Below are positions 30,992 through 40,698 of a stretch of DNA of 64,000 nt, one piece after another. Source of the DNA: an uncultured Spirochaetota bacterium. Lineage in GTDB: Bacteria > Spirochaetota > Brevinematia > Brevinematales > JAOACQ01. The DNA is taken from positions 320,001-384,000 of the forward strand of contig CAWIGG010000002.1 in the NCBI GenBank assembly GCA_963835575.1. The letters are read 5' to 3'. Under the pieces are notes generated by a model. It made no database searches, was not told where the DNA came from, and saw nothing but the letters and a program-made list of their open reading frames with translations. Within the stretch, counting starts at the first letter, position 1. Every line of letters begins with the position of its first letter. The position numbers and the translations under genes were made by a program.

Positions 30992-31630
30992 ATGAAGCTT
31001 TCAACGCTCCAGCGCCTGGGCGGGTTCGCCATTATTATCGGGGCCGCTCTTTTTACGGCATGGTCGGTCTTATGGCCGGTATTGCTTCCGGTCCAGGAAC
31101 GGACGAGGGATTTTTCATTGATGGTATTAAGCCCGAACTGGATCTGGATCAACGCGCTGGCATTGCCCGGCGTTATTTTAATGGTTTTCGGTTTTACTGC
31201 GGTGTATTCGCGCTTTTACCAGAATTCAGGAATTCTCGGTTTCCTCGGCTTTGTATTTATCGCTTTAGCCTATATTCTTCAGGCCGCGCAGTTGACATGG
31301 GAAATATTCATGTATCCCGTTATTGCGGGCTATGCGCCTTCAATACCGCTCTTAAGCAATAATATTATGAAACTGCATCCGTTATTTTCCATGTTTCGTT
31401 TAATGTTTCAGCTGACGATATTCCTGGGTGTCATCCTGTTCAGCGCCGCTTTGCTTAGGTCCAGGGAATTCCCGAAAAGCGCCGGGATTCTCATCCTGTG
31501 CGGCGCGGTTATTTACGCCGTCGGCCCTATGCTCTGGGTTTATCTGGGGTTGATAGGCGTATTTATTTTATCAGCAGGATGTTTTATTCTGGGTCTGAAA
31601 CTGGCCGGAATAAAATCGATGCCGGCTTAA
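30992..31630 (+). CDS. Hypothetical membrane protein
   Basis: About 6 hydrophobic segments; ATG after AGGGGA. Confidence 0.7.
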   Translation: MKLSTLQRLGGFAIIIGAALFTAWSVLWPVLLPVQERTRDFSLMVLSPNWIWINALALPGVILMVFGFTAVYSRFYQNSGILGFLGFVFIALAYILQAAQLTWEIFMYPVIAGYAPSIPLLSNNIMKLHPLFSMFRLMFQLTIFLGVILFSAALLRSREFPKSAGILILCGAVIYAVGPMLWVYLGLIGVFILSAGCFILGLKLAGIKSMPA

Positions 31631-31669
31631 TCAGATTACAACCCGATGAAGTTAAACAAAGGAGAGTTT

Positions 31670-32857
31670 ATGCCTGACTTTATTAAAAAAACCGATGAAT
31701 ATCTGATCCCCTTTTACAGCCGGACGCCGCTGGTTGTTGTCAGAGGGAAAGACCACTGGATTTTTGACCATACCGGAAAGAAATACCTCGACTTTACATC
31801 CGGCATCAGCGTGACAAGCTTCGGGCATGCCAATAAAAAAATCAACGCTGCGGTAAAAAAACAGATGAACAGAATATCGCATATTTCAAATTTGTATATT
31901 ATTCCTCCCCAGGCGGAACTGGCTGAAAAAATCAGCGGAAAAGCCTTTCCGGGAAAAGCATTTTTCTGCAACAGCGGCGCCGAGGCGAATGAGTCCGCTT
32001 TAAAGATGGCCAGGATTTACGGAAATAAAAAGAAGGCAGGCAAAAATAAGGTCCTGTCTGTCAAAGGTTCTTTTCATGGAAGGACAATCGCGACAATCAC
32101 ATTGACAGGCCAGGAGAAATACAGGAAGGGCTTTGAGCCCCTTCTTCAGCAGATTGATTTTACCGGGCTGAACAATGTCCGGGAACTGGAAGAAAAAATG
32201 GACGGGAATACTTGCGCGATTTTTTTGGAAGCGGTCCAGGGCGAAGGCGGCATATATCCTCTGACAGCGGAATTTGTTGAAAAAATAAAAGAGCTTTCAA
32301 AAAAGCATGACGCGCTTGTCATTTTTGACGAAGTTCAAGCCGGGATGGGCCGGACGGGAAAATACTTCGGCTATCAGAATTTTGATATTGAGCCGGATAT
32401 GATCACCATGGCCAAGGCGCTGGGGAACGGTTTTCCCATCGGGGCGGTCCTGGTCAGGAATAAGATTTCTGGTGAAATGGCGTCCGGGATGCATGCATCC
32501 ACATTCGGCGGTAATTTTCTGGCATGCGCGGCGGGACTTGCTGTTATGGAAGAGCTCAATCAGGATTTGTTAAACCGCATTCAGGAGCTTTCGCGTTATT
32601 TCAAGGAAAAACTGGAAGAGCTGAAAGCAGACTTTCCTAAGATCATAAAAGAGAACCGCGTTTTCGGACTGATGATCGGAGTTGATATAAACCAGGACTA
32701 CGCGGTCAAGGATATCTTGCAGAAGTTTTTGGAATCGGGAATCCTTACTTTAAGGGCCGGCGAGAATGTGCTGAGGCTTATGCCGCCTTATACGATCCGG
32801 AAAGCGGAGATTGATTACTTCTGCCGTAAATTTTATGAAATATTAAAGGGTCTTTAG
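31670..32857 (+). CDS. argD: Acetylornithine aminotransferase
   Basis: YLDFTSGI.V..FGH, NSGAEANE, SFHGRT, DEVQAGMGRTG, AKALGNGFPIGA, HASTFGGN. Confidence 0.92.
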   Translation: MPDFIKKTDEYLIPFYSRTPLVVVRGKDHWIFDHTGKKYLDFTSGISVTSFGHANKKINAAVKKQMNRISHISNLYIIPPQAELAEKISGKAFPGKAFFCNSGAEANESALKMARIYGNKKKAGKNKVLSVKGSFHGRTIATITLTGQEKYRKGFEPLLQQIDFTGLNNVRELEEKMDGNTCAIFLEAVQGEGGIYPLTAEFVEKIKELSKKHDALVIFDEVQAGMGRTGKYFGYQNFDIEPDMITMAKALGNGFPIGAVLVRNKISGEMASGMHASTFGGNFLACAAGLAVMEELNQDLLNRIQELSRYFKEKLEELKADFPKIIKENRVFGLMIGVDINQDYAVKDILQKFLESGILTLRAGENVLRLMPPYTIRKAEIDYFCRKFYEILKGL

Positions 32858-32892
32858 AATAATAAAGGCTAGTCGTTAAAAAGGGGTTTTAT

Positions 32893-33699
32893 ATGAAAAT
32901 AGGGATAATCGGCTGCGGAAATATGGGCAGCGCTTTGATCGCGGGAATATTAAGGGAAAAATTGTATGAAGTATATGTCTATGATATTGATGAGGTGAAA
33001 ATAAAGCAGGCTTTGAGCCGATGGAATATAAAAAAAGCCGCCGGCCTCCGGGATATTGCCGACAAATGCGGGATTATCATCCTGGCCGTCAAGCCGCAGG
33101 ATGTGGAACCTGTGTTAAAGGAAATAAAAACAAAATTTGACGCAGGCGGCAGGATACTTATTTCCATAGCCGCCGGAATAAAAACAAATCTTATCAGAAA
33201 ATATCTGAAAAAAGCGCTGATAGCGAGGGTTATGCCCAATACGCCGGCGCTTGTGGGCGAAGGAGTTTCGGGTATTTATTTTGACGGGAAATTCGACGAA
33301 AGCAAGCAGAACCTGGTTCTGAATATTTTTTATACAATCGGCATTGCGGAAGTGGTCAAAAAGGAAGAACAGCTGGACGCGGTTACAGGCCTTTCGGGCT
33401 CAGGACCGGCATATGTTTTCGCTTTTATCAACGCGCTGGCTGACGCCGGCGTAATGGAAGGCCTTCCGAGGGATGTCGCCAAGCGTCTGGCCGTTTATAC
33501 GGTCGGCGGCTCCGCGGTGCTGGCGGCGGAATCCCTTGAAGCCGGGATCCATTTTGAGGAATTGAAGGACAGGGTGACATCGCCCGGCGGAACAACCGCC
33601 GAGGGGCTTCTGGCGCTGGAAGAAGGTGCGTTCCGCGCGTCTGTGCTGAAGGCTGTCAGAGCGGCGGCAAAACGATCGAAGGAATTAGGAGAAAAATAA
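32893..33699 (+). CDS. proC: Pyrroline-5-carboxylate reductase
   Basis: GCGNMG, AVKPQ, RVMPNTP, SGSGPAY, VTSPGGTT. Confidence 0.96.
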   Translation: MKIGIIGCGNMGSALIAGILREKLYEVYVYDIDEVKIKQALSRWNIKKAAGLRDIADKCGIIILAVKPQDVEPVLKEIKTKFDAGGRILISIAAGIKTNLIRKYLKKALIARVMPNTPALVGEGVSGIYFDGKFDESKQNLVLNIFYTIGIAEVVKKEEQLDAVTGLSGSGPAYVFAFINALADAGVMEGLPRDVAKRLAVYTVGGSAVLAAESLEAGIHFEELKDRVTSPGGTTAEGLLALEEGAFRASVLKAVRAAAKRSKELGEK

Positions 33700-33971
33700 T
33701 GCTGCATACCATATTACAGACCATATATATTCTACTGCAGGTGTACTGGTATATCTATCTTGCTTATATTTTACTGAGTTATTTTAATCTCAGCGAGGAT
33801 AATATACTGGTCAGGATCGTGAAAGGAATGTGCGAACCGCTCTACCGGTTTTTTATGCGCATCCTTCCGCCTATTCATATAGGAATGATCGATCTTTCCC
33901 CGCTTTATGTCTTTGCCTTTCTTCAGATACTTCAGATCATCCTTCAGAGGCTGATACAGATGTACCCATGA
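33699..33971 (+). CDS. yggT: YggT family membrane protein
   Basis: EP.Y...R.LPP...G.IDLSP; conserved position after proC. Confidence 0.88.
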   Translation: MLHTILQTIYILLQVYWYIYLAYILLSYFNLSEDNILVRIVKGMCEPLYRFFMRILPPIHIGMIDLSPLYVFAFLQILQIILQRLIQMYP

Positions 33972-34005
33972 CCGGCATGGATGTATTTTTATTCAGGATT
34001 GTTGA

Positions 34006-34290
34006 ATGATCACTCAAAAAGACGGCTATATACTCTTTGACATCAGGATTGTTCCGCGGAGCTCAATAAACAAACTCGAGAAGAACGGGGAAAACCTCCG
34101 TTTAAAGATCACATCGGCCCCTGTGGAAGGCGAAGCCAATAAGGCGCTCATCTTGTTTTTATCCCGGTTTCTATCTCTACCGCAAAAAAGCATTTCAATT
34201 GAGAGAGGGCTGTCATCCCGGAATAAGCTCATAAGGGCGGACGGCATTACAAAAGAACAGTTTATTTCAATCACTATGATAGAAAAATAA
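34006..34290 (+). CDS. yggU: DUF167 / YggU family protein
   Basis: VPRSS, APVEGEAN.ALI.FL, G.SSRNK. Confidence 0.88.
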   Translation: MITQKDGYILFDIRIVPRSSINKLEKNGENLRLKITSAPVEGEANKALILFLSRFLSLPQKSISIERGLSSRNKLIRADGITKEQFISITMIEK

Positions 34291-34359
34291 TACATTTATA
34301 AATAAATAAAATTGACAAAATGCCGAGAATAAGAACAGCAGTATTTTCGGAGAATTTTA

Positions 34360-35136
34360 ATGAAAATAGAAAAGGGGAAAAACATCGAATTAAGCGATTT
34401 TGAGATAATCGCGCTTAAAATTTTATCCCGTCTGGCTTTTAATGATAATATTGACGAGGAAGTGATAGAGCTTTTGCGTGAAATGCAGATGGAGCATTAT
34501 ACACTGCTTAAAAAATACGAAGTCCTGGGAGAAAGGGTCAATGTCGATAATAAAACTTCGTTATTGAAATATAATGAAAGTTTACTGGTGAATATTGTCA
34601 AGGCCATATCCAGGTACTGGCACACGAGCAAAGAATCAAATCTGCTTCCCATCTCCTATCTCAGGATCGACCTGGATGATTTCAGTAAAGTGAATAACAG
34701 CTACGGCCATGCGGTCGGAGATAAGGTGCTTGTGGCTGTCGCCAGGGCAATGAAAAAGGTTTCACGCCCGACGGATTACCTCTTCCGTTTCGGCGGGGAG
34801 GAATTTGATATCGTTCTGCCTGTAACAAATATTGATGGGGCTTCAAATTATGCCGCTAAACTGATCATGGGCATAAGAAAAATCCGGATCCCTCTCAGCT
34901 CGAGAAAAACAGTTAAAATAACGGCCAGCATCGGTATTTCAACGTTTGAATTTAGTTTTACCAAACAATCACCGCTTTTCTCGAGAGAAATTATGAAACA
35001 ATATCACACGGTCCAGAAACATGCCGACTGGGCCTGCTACGATGCCAAATTAAAAGGCAAAGACCAGTACTGTGTTTATCAGGAAGGCATCAATTACGAA
35101 AAGATCATGAAAACCTACAGCAAAAACCACCACTAA
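34360..35136 (+). CDS. GGDEF domain protein
   Basis: DLDDFSKVNNSYGHAVGD, RPTD I-site, RFGGEEF. Confidence 0.9.
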   Translation: MKIEKGKNIELSDFEIIALKILSRLAFNDNIDEEVIELLREMQMEHYTLLKKYEVLGERVNVDNKTSLLKYNESLLVNIVKAISRYWHTSKESNLLPISYLRIDLDDFSKVNNSYGHAVGDKVLVAVARAMKKVSRPTDYLFRFGGEEFDIVLPVTNIDGASNYAAKLIMGIRKIRIPLSSRKTVKITASIGISTFEFSFTKQSPLFSREIMKQYHTVQKHADWACYDAKLKGKDQYCVYQEGINYEKIMKTYSKNHH

Positions 35137-35170
35137 GCGCAGATATAAAACTTGTGGTGTGGTTCGACAG

Positions 35171-35269
35171 CAGACTGTGTGAAAACTATTTTTCGCTACG
35201 TATTTATTGAAGTTACGGAACGAAAAATATAGAATTACGATGCAAAACACCGACTTTTCACACAGTCTG
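35171..35269. mobile_element. 99-bp MITE inserted into a REP-like hairpin
   Basis: Perfect 15-bp IR CAGACTGTGTGAAAA / TTTTCACACAGTCTG with CAG duplicated on both sides. Confidence 0.75.
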
Positions 35270-35321
35270 CAGGCTCACCAACCAAGTTTATCGGACCAAC
35301 CAACAAAAAAAATTAAGGAGT

Positions 35322-35352
35322 CAGTACCAAAAACTATTAGTTTTTGGTACTG
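35322..35352. terminator. Hairpin between convergent genes
   Basis: CAGTACCAAAAACTA-t-TAGTTTTTGGTACTG. Confidence 0.6.
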
Positions 35353-35377
35353 CTTTATTATTTTCAAAGTATAAGAT

Positions 35378-36646
35378 TTAATCCTCACTCATCCTTTTTG
35401 TAAACAAAAGAAAGAGCGCCGGAATTGCGGAAAGCATCGAAAGCAGTAATCCCGCGGAGATGATTAATTGGAGAGGCGTTTTGTCAGCCGCTATGATTAT
35501 TTCAAAACCCTGAATTTTAACCGCGGAAAAATAAGATGTGAAAACATACCGCATTAATGCAAATCCGGCCAGGCTTCCCGCCGATCCGATAAGAGCGTAT
35601 TTAATTAAAAGGGTCAGGGTGATGAAAAGACGCGAGGCGCCCAGTATCCTGAGTATCCGGTAGTATTCCAGCCTCTGGAACGCAGCGATCATGACGGAAA
35701 AAGAGACGCAGAGCACAGCGAGAAGAAGAATGATATTCATCATTAATCCCAATGCCATGTTGACATTGGTTTTTAATGAAAGCATTTCTTCCGAGAGGGT
35801 TTTATTGATCTCGGTAATATAACCCATTTTCCGTATCTGTTTTTCAACGGAAAGAAGCGAAGGGTGGTCGGCGACCTGTATATAGGCGGACATAAACTCC
35901 CTGTCGGAATCATGGCCCTTGTATTTTTTATTATAATACTGGACCGCCTTCATGGGTATGACAAGGCAGATGCTTTTTATTTTATCGGTAAAGCCGAGCA
36001 CGAGCGAATTCTCGGTCGCGAAACCCTCCACCGCTTTTATGGAAGACCTGCCGAAGAGAATCTGGAGCGGCCTTCCGACCGCCATATCCTGAGTGATCCT
36101 GGGCAGGCCGTTCGGCTCCGCCATACTGTTATTATACGCTTCGAGAAAAATTTGCGGGATCAGAACAGGCAGGACGCGGCCCGGCTTCCAGTTCTTCCAT
36201 GTTAATTTGTCCTGAGCGCTTTTAAATTCTCCTGATAGGAAATCCGAAGGCGCGCCGATGCAGATCAGGTCCGTCCTGTAGTTCAGACCGAAAATGGAAA
36301 TGACTGCCTGCATCGGGATCTGCGACGCAATGAGCGGGTAGGCCGTCTTGACGCCTTTAAAGGCCCTGATTTTTCTGAGAGATTCCTCGTTTAATGTTGA
36401 AGAAGCCGGATTCCTGAGCGTGAAGTTAAAAAGCCCGAGGCGCGGCGCCGGACGGGGGCTGACTTTTATCATATCGGGCGGGATGGACGCCTCAAATTTT
36501 TTCAGGATGGAGTTTTCAATGCTCCGCTCGATGGTAAGAAAAGAACTGATGGAAAAAGCGGCGGCGGTTATTGCCGTAAAGACAATAAGTGTGATAAAAA
36601 GGCCGCTCAGGATTTCCCTCAGCATGAGGTAGAGCTTCTGCATCAT
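35378..36646 (-). CDS. FtsX/MacB-like ABC permease
   Basis: One N-terminal TM, large extracytoplasmic domain, EY..ILRILGAS, 3 C-terminal TM. Confidence 0.75.
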   Translation of the reverse strand: MMQKLYLMLREILSGLFITLIVFTAITAAAFSISSFLTIERSIENSILKKFEASIPPDMIKVSPRPAPRLGLFNFTLRNPASSTLNEESLRKIRAFKGVKTAYPLIASQIPMQAVISIFGLNYRTDLICIGAPSDFLSGEFKSAQDKLTWKNWKPGRVLPVLIPQIFLEAYNNSMAEPNGLPRITQDMAVGRPLQILFGRSSIKAVEGFATENSLVLGFTDKIKSICLVIPMKAVQYYNKKYKGHDSDREFMSAYIQVADHPSLLSVEKQIRKMGYITEINKTLSEEMLSLKTNVNMALGLMMNIILLLAVLCVSFSVMIAAFQRLEYYRILRILGASRLFITLTLLIKYALIGSAGSLAGFALMRYVFTSYFSAVKIQGFEIIIAADKTPLQLIISAGLLLSMLSAIPALFLLFTKRMSED

Positions 36647-37311
36647 TTTTTTGCCTCTAATTTTCCCGCTTTCAGCGTGTAGATTTTTTTCGAATGTTTG
36701 AACATATATTCATTATGAGTAACTATCAGCACGGCTTTTCCTTCTTTAGCCAGACGGATCAGGAGCTGATTTATTTCGCCGGCTGTTTTATTATCCAAGT
36801 TCGCCGTCGGTTCGTCAGCGAGTATCAGGTCCGGACCATTCACCAGCGCCCTGGCCAGCGCCGTACGCTGTTTCTGGCCGCCGGAAAGGAGGGCCGCCTT
36901 CATGTTTTTAAATTCCCAGATCTGCAGTTTCTTCATCAGTTCTTCCGCTTCTACGCGTGTCCGGTGTCCGGCGTTTCCCCTGATGCGGGCTGGAAGAAGC
37001 ACATTGGACCAGACTGTTTCCTGGGGAAGCAGCCGGAATGTCTGAAAAACAAAACCGATCTTTCTGTTGCGGAGGCGCGAGGGCAGAATATCCAGGAAAT
37101 AATTCATTTTTTTATTGTTAAAAAAGACAGAACCGCCCGACGGCCTTGTAATGCCGGCAATGACATTGAGAAGGGTTGTTTTGCCGGAGCCTGATTTCCC
37201 GGTTATTGAGATAATCTCGCCCGGGTTTATCTCGAGGGATATTTTATCCAGGATTATTTTTCTCATCCCGGCAATTTTATAATGCTTGGATACTTTCTCT
37301 AATTTGAGCAT
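36643..37311 (-). CDS. ABC transporter ATP-binding protein (LolD/MacB-like)
   Basis: GKSGSGKTT, LSGGQKQR, ADEPTANLD, VTH. Confidence 0.93.
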   Translation of the reverse strand: MLKLEKVSKHYKIAGMRKIILDKISLEINPGEIISITGKSGSGKTTLLNVIAGITRPSGGSVFFNNKKMNYFLDILPSRLRNRKIGFVFQTFRLLPQETVWSNVLLPARIRGNAGHRTRVEAEELMKKLQIWEFKNMKAALLSGGQKQRTALARALVNGPDLILADEPTANLDNKTAGEINQLLIRLAKEGKAVLIVTHNEYMFKHSKKIYTLKAGKLEAKK

Positions 37312-37328
37312 CTGTTTATCCCCGCCTT

Positions 37329-38036
37329 TCATAATGCGCTTGTCACAATCTTTGAAATATTTTCCGGCAGATCTTTCTTTTTCTCCTCTGACAGAGCCGT
37401 CACATTGATCACAGGATGGATTGTCAGAAGAACACGGCCGGGATGAACTTTCTTTTTTTCCTCATAGATTTTGTAAGAGTCTTTTATTGATATAGGCAGT
37501 ATGGGCGTGCCGGACAGAGTGGCAAGCTTGAAGCTGCCGCCTTTAAAACGTCCCATCTGCGCGCTTCTGCTTCTTGTGCCTTCCGGGAATATTATCAGCG
37601 AATTGCCCTGCTTGAGGCTCTGTATTCCGTCTTCTATTGTCTGGTAGGAATCGCGCAAACTTTTCCGGTTAATGAAAATGCAGTGAAGGCGCTTCATCCA
37701 CCCGTTCAATATGGGTATCTTCGAAAGTTCTTTTTTCGCGATAAAGCCGGCTAATTTAGGAACATAGCCCTGTATTATCAAAATATCAAAGTAGCTCTGA
37801 TGATTGCCGACAATGACAACAGGACCTTGCGGAACATTTTCCAGGCCCCTGACTTCAATTCTGGAAAGAGTTCCGAAAATTGCTGTTTTTGCCCAGAAAG
37901 AAACATAATTCTGAAGAAAAGCTTTCCATGCTTTCGTGTTTCCGAAAAGCCGGATGATATAAAACGGGGTTAATAATATAAATGATAGTAAAAAAGTAAG
38001 AGCGATATATACATAGTAAAATAACGTAAACAGCAA
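37329..38036 (-). CDS. plsC: 1-acyl-sn-glycerol-3-phosphate acyltransferase
   Basis: NHQSYFD, FIAKKEL, FPEGTRS. Confidence 0.9.
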   Translation of the reverse strand: MLFTLFYYVYIALTFLLSFILLTPFYIIRLFGNTKAWKAFLQNYVSFWAKTAIFGTLSRIEVRGLENVPQGPVVIVGNHQSYFDILIIQGYVPKLAGFIAKKELSKIPILNGWMKRLHCIFINRKSLRDSYQTIEDGIQSLKQGNSLIIFPEGTRSRSAQMGRFKGGSFKLATLSGTPILPISIKDSYKIYEEKKKVHPGRVLLTIHPVINVTALSEEKKKDLPENISKIVTSAL

Positions 38037-38052
38037 TCACGGCCTCCGCAAT

Positions 38053-38835
38053 CTATTTCTCGATTTTTTCAAGTTCTTTCTGCTTATCTTTGGCCAGGTC
38101 TGTTTTATAAAAATCGCTTTCTTCAGGCAGCACAAGATATGATTTTGATGTATAATCCAGAAGGACATTGCCGCCTGTCAATACGCAGTCGAGCAGATGG
38201 CCCCCCGCCTTATGGTCCGCGGATAAAAAATGTAAATGAAAGCCGGTCATATTTATGCCTTTTAAATAATCCGGGAGCCAGTATCCGATGATTGTGCCTT
38301 TCATATTATTCAATTCAAATACAGGCTGGTTTTTTACCACCTCAGCTAGACGAGGGTAGGGCTTATTCTGTCTCGGGACGCTCCGTACTTTTATGTATTT
38401 AAAATTCCCCTCGACTTTGACGGCATACATGATATTTTTAGTAGGCAGAAGGCTTTCAATAAACTCCTGCAGTTTTTTTAAATCCATTTCCTGCGCGATG
38501 GGAGCTTTTTTATCGATATCAAAAAAAGTGACCGCGGCGAAAGGGCTTTTAATGGAACCGGCGGGCTGATAGACATGTCCGTCGGACTTTACCTGATAGA
38601 ACCGGCCGTCAAGATAGAGCATTTCGCCGTCAAGCCCCTCGAACGTGCCGATCCCGAAATCGCCGTAATTCGTGAGTTCGTCCAGAGTGATAACGCCGTC
38701 ATAAACGCCTTCCTGAAGCGCGCTCAGGGTGGAAATTTGAAAGAGCGTATCCCGGTCAAAGGAATAAGACGCGGCGGATAAAATAAAAAATATAACCAGT
38801 AATAAAAATATTCTTAATAAAAAACCATTTTTCAT
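38053..38835 (-). CDS. budA: Alpha-acetolactate decarboxylase with N-terminal signal-like segment
   Basis: QISTLSAL..G.YDG, GDFGIGTF..LDGEM, GFHLHF, GGHLLD. Confidence 0.92.
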   Translation of the reverse strand: MKNGFLLRIFLLLVIFFILSAASYSFDRDTLFQISTLSALQEGVYDGVITLDELTNYGDFGIGTFEGLDGEMLYLDGRFYQVKSDGHVYQPAGSIKSPFAAVTFFDIDKKAPIAQEMDLKKLQEFIESLLPTKNIMYAVKVEGNFKYIKVRSVPRQNKPYPRLAEVVKNQPVFELNNMKGTIIGYWLPDYLKGINMTGFHLHFLSADHKAGGHLLDCVLTGGNVLLDYTSKSYLVLPEESDFYKTDLAKDKQKELEKIEK

Positions 38836-39009
38836 AACCTGTACCTTCTTACAAAAATAATTTCCTTCTGCCTGTTCTACCTGTCGTTTAAACCCGGACT
38901 TCCGGCTGTTGTCTAATGAATGTTGATAGCCGGCTGTTTTTATCCTACTTTCCGGCAGTAAATTTTGCAAATTTTAGCGGGGTTGTTTCTCAAACCGGAT
39001 TAATCCCTT

Positions 39010-40167
39010 TTAAGCCCTCTTTTCTTTCAAGTCCTTTGAAAACAATATCCGGAAACAGAGAAGCGCGAGCAGAATATTGACAATGAAACAGAAAGTAAAG
39101 CTTCCCCGCAGTGTAAAACGGTCGGCTATTGCCGCGATGATCATCGGGAAGGCCAGAGACCCGGCCCCGCCGCCTGCCGTCACATAGCCTATGGCCGCGG
39201 GGCTTTTGAAAACACGGCCGGCCAGGACAACAACAAGCGGATATACTCCTGAAAATCCCAAACCGATCAAAAAGACAAAAAAAGCTGATAAAGCCATATT
39301 CGGGGAAAGAATAAGGGCCAGAAATCCGATGCAGGACGCAACGGTCAGGATAAAAACAAGCCGCTCCGGGCGGGAGCTTTTATAAAAAAGAAAGATGGAA
39401 AACCTTCCGGCGAGAATGCCGGCCCAGAATAACGATATGATGAATGACGCTTTTTCAATCGGGGCTTTGTATGTGCTTACAAAATACTCGGAAGCCCAGT
39501 TTGATACGCTGAGCTCTATTCCCACATAAAGGAAAAGCACAATAAAAAAAACAACCAGGATGAGTTTAAATAAATTCGCCTGTTTTCCCGGCGATTTTTC
39601 AGAGCTTTCCTCTCTGTCGCTGAAATGAAAAAATGAAAAAACCGCGGCCATAATGGTCAGCAGTACAGTGAAGACCGGGAAAAGACCTTTCCAGTCCAGC
39701 CCGATTGCGCCGAGATTGGCGAACCCGATGGGCGCCAGTATGGCGCCGACACAGAAGAAGGCATGGAGAAGATTGACAAGCCGGCTGTCATCTTTTTGTC
39801 CGCCCAGACGGAACACCTCAAAATTTACGATAACCTCGGAGCCTCCCTGCCCGAATCCTATGATAAAAGAGAGGATATAATTGAAAAGGAGGCCGGGAAC
39901 TTTTGCGAAAAAGAAATAAGCGGCTGCCGAAATGAGAAGGGTTATTATGATCGTTTTTTTCATCCCCAGGGATTTAATGATCAAACCGCTCACGAATGAG
40001 AAGGTTAGAAATCCTATTGAGGCTGACAAAAGCAGACCGCCGGCCATTGTGTAATTCCAGTTGAAAGAACGGATGATTTCAGGCAGCGCGGCCCCGAAAA
40101 CCGTCAGCGTCATTCCATACAGAAGGAAATTAATAAAGAGAGCGGATAAAAACGGCTTTTTATTCAT
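39010..40167 (-). CDS. MFS transporter (fucose/glucose permease-like)
   Basis: About 12 TM; NLLHAFFCVGAILAP, FLYVGIE...SNW. Confidence 0.85.
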   Translation of the reverse strand: MNKKPFLSALFINFLLYGMTLTVFGAALPEIIRSFNWNYTMAGGLLLSASIGFLTFSFVSGLIIKSLGMKKTIIITLLISAAAYFFFAKVPGLLFNYILSFIIGFGQGGSEVIVNFEVFRLGGQKDDSRLVNLLHAFFCVGAILAPIGFANLGAIGLDWKGLFPVFTVLLTIMAAVFSFFHFSDREESSEKSPGKQANLFKLILVVFFIVLFLYVGIELSVSNWASEYFVSTYKAPIEKASFIISLFWAGILAGRFSIFLFYKSSRPERLVFILTVASCIGFLALILSPNMALSAFFVFLIGLGFSGVYPLVVVLAGRVFKSPAAIGYVTAGGGAGSLAFPMIIAAIADRFTLRGSFTFCFIVNILLALLCFRILFSKDLKEKRA

Positions 40168-40325
40168 CAATACTCCCGAACATGAAATAAAACAGATTGT
40201 TATTATAAAGAAGTGAGAATAAATAAGCAAAATAAGGTTTTTAATCAAACGTGCCCTTGACCCGGTCGATGCAGTGAGCCCAAACCACAAAGTCTCAAAA
40301 AGCACTAAATGAATGGGTTTGCTTT

Positions 40326-40592
40326 CCCGCGAATCACGCGAATTATACGAATCGGGAAATTATTCACAACAAAGATTCACTAACTATGGATTTTTAAGTT
40401 TATTTAGTTGCTTTTTAATCTTATAATAGCTATCTATTAAAATATGGACTGTATTTAAAATATTGAAGACTGAAGATCTAAAAACACCCAAATAATTCCC
40501 CAACAATTCTTTGTGGTTCTTGGTGTCCTTTGTGTCCTTGGTGGTGAATATATTGCTTTTCATTATTTGCATCTATTAGCGTTATTAGCGGG
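40326..40592. repeat. Nested pair of 9-10-bp-periodic inverted-repeat elements
   Basis: Outer CCCGCGAATCACGCGAATTATACGAAT / ATTTGCATCTATTAGCGTTATTAGCGGG; inner TATTCACAACAAAGATTCAC / CTTTGTGGTTCTTGGTGTCCTTTGTGTCCTTGGTGGTGAATA (40361-40550). Confidence 0.7.
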
Positions 40593-40698
40593 CTTTTATT
40601 TAATTCTTTTCCGTATGCATTAGCGGATTATCCGGCTGCGCAATTCACACCAAATAAAAATATATATTTTTATTGATTGAATAGTACTATACAACTCT

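Noticed and set aside
40384..40572. 62-aa ORF with TTKDTKDTK
   Set aside because: The periodic peptide is just the translation of the 9-bp repeat arm; no GxxExxY or other domain follows.
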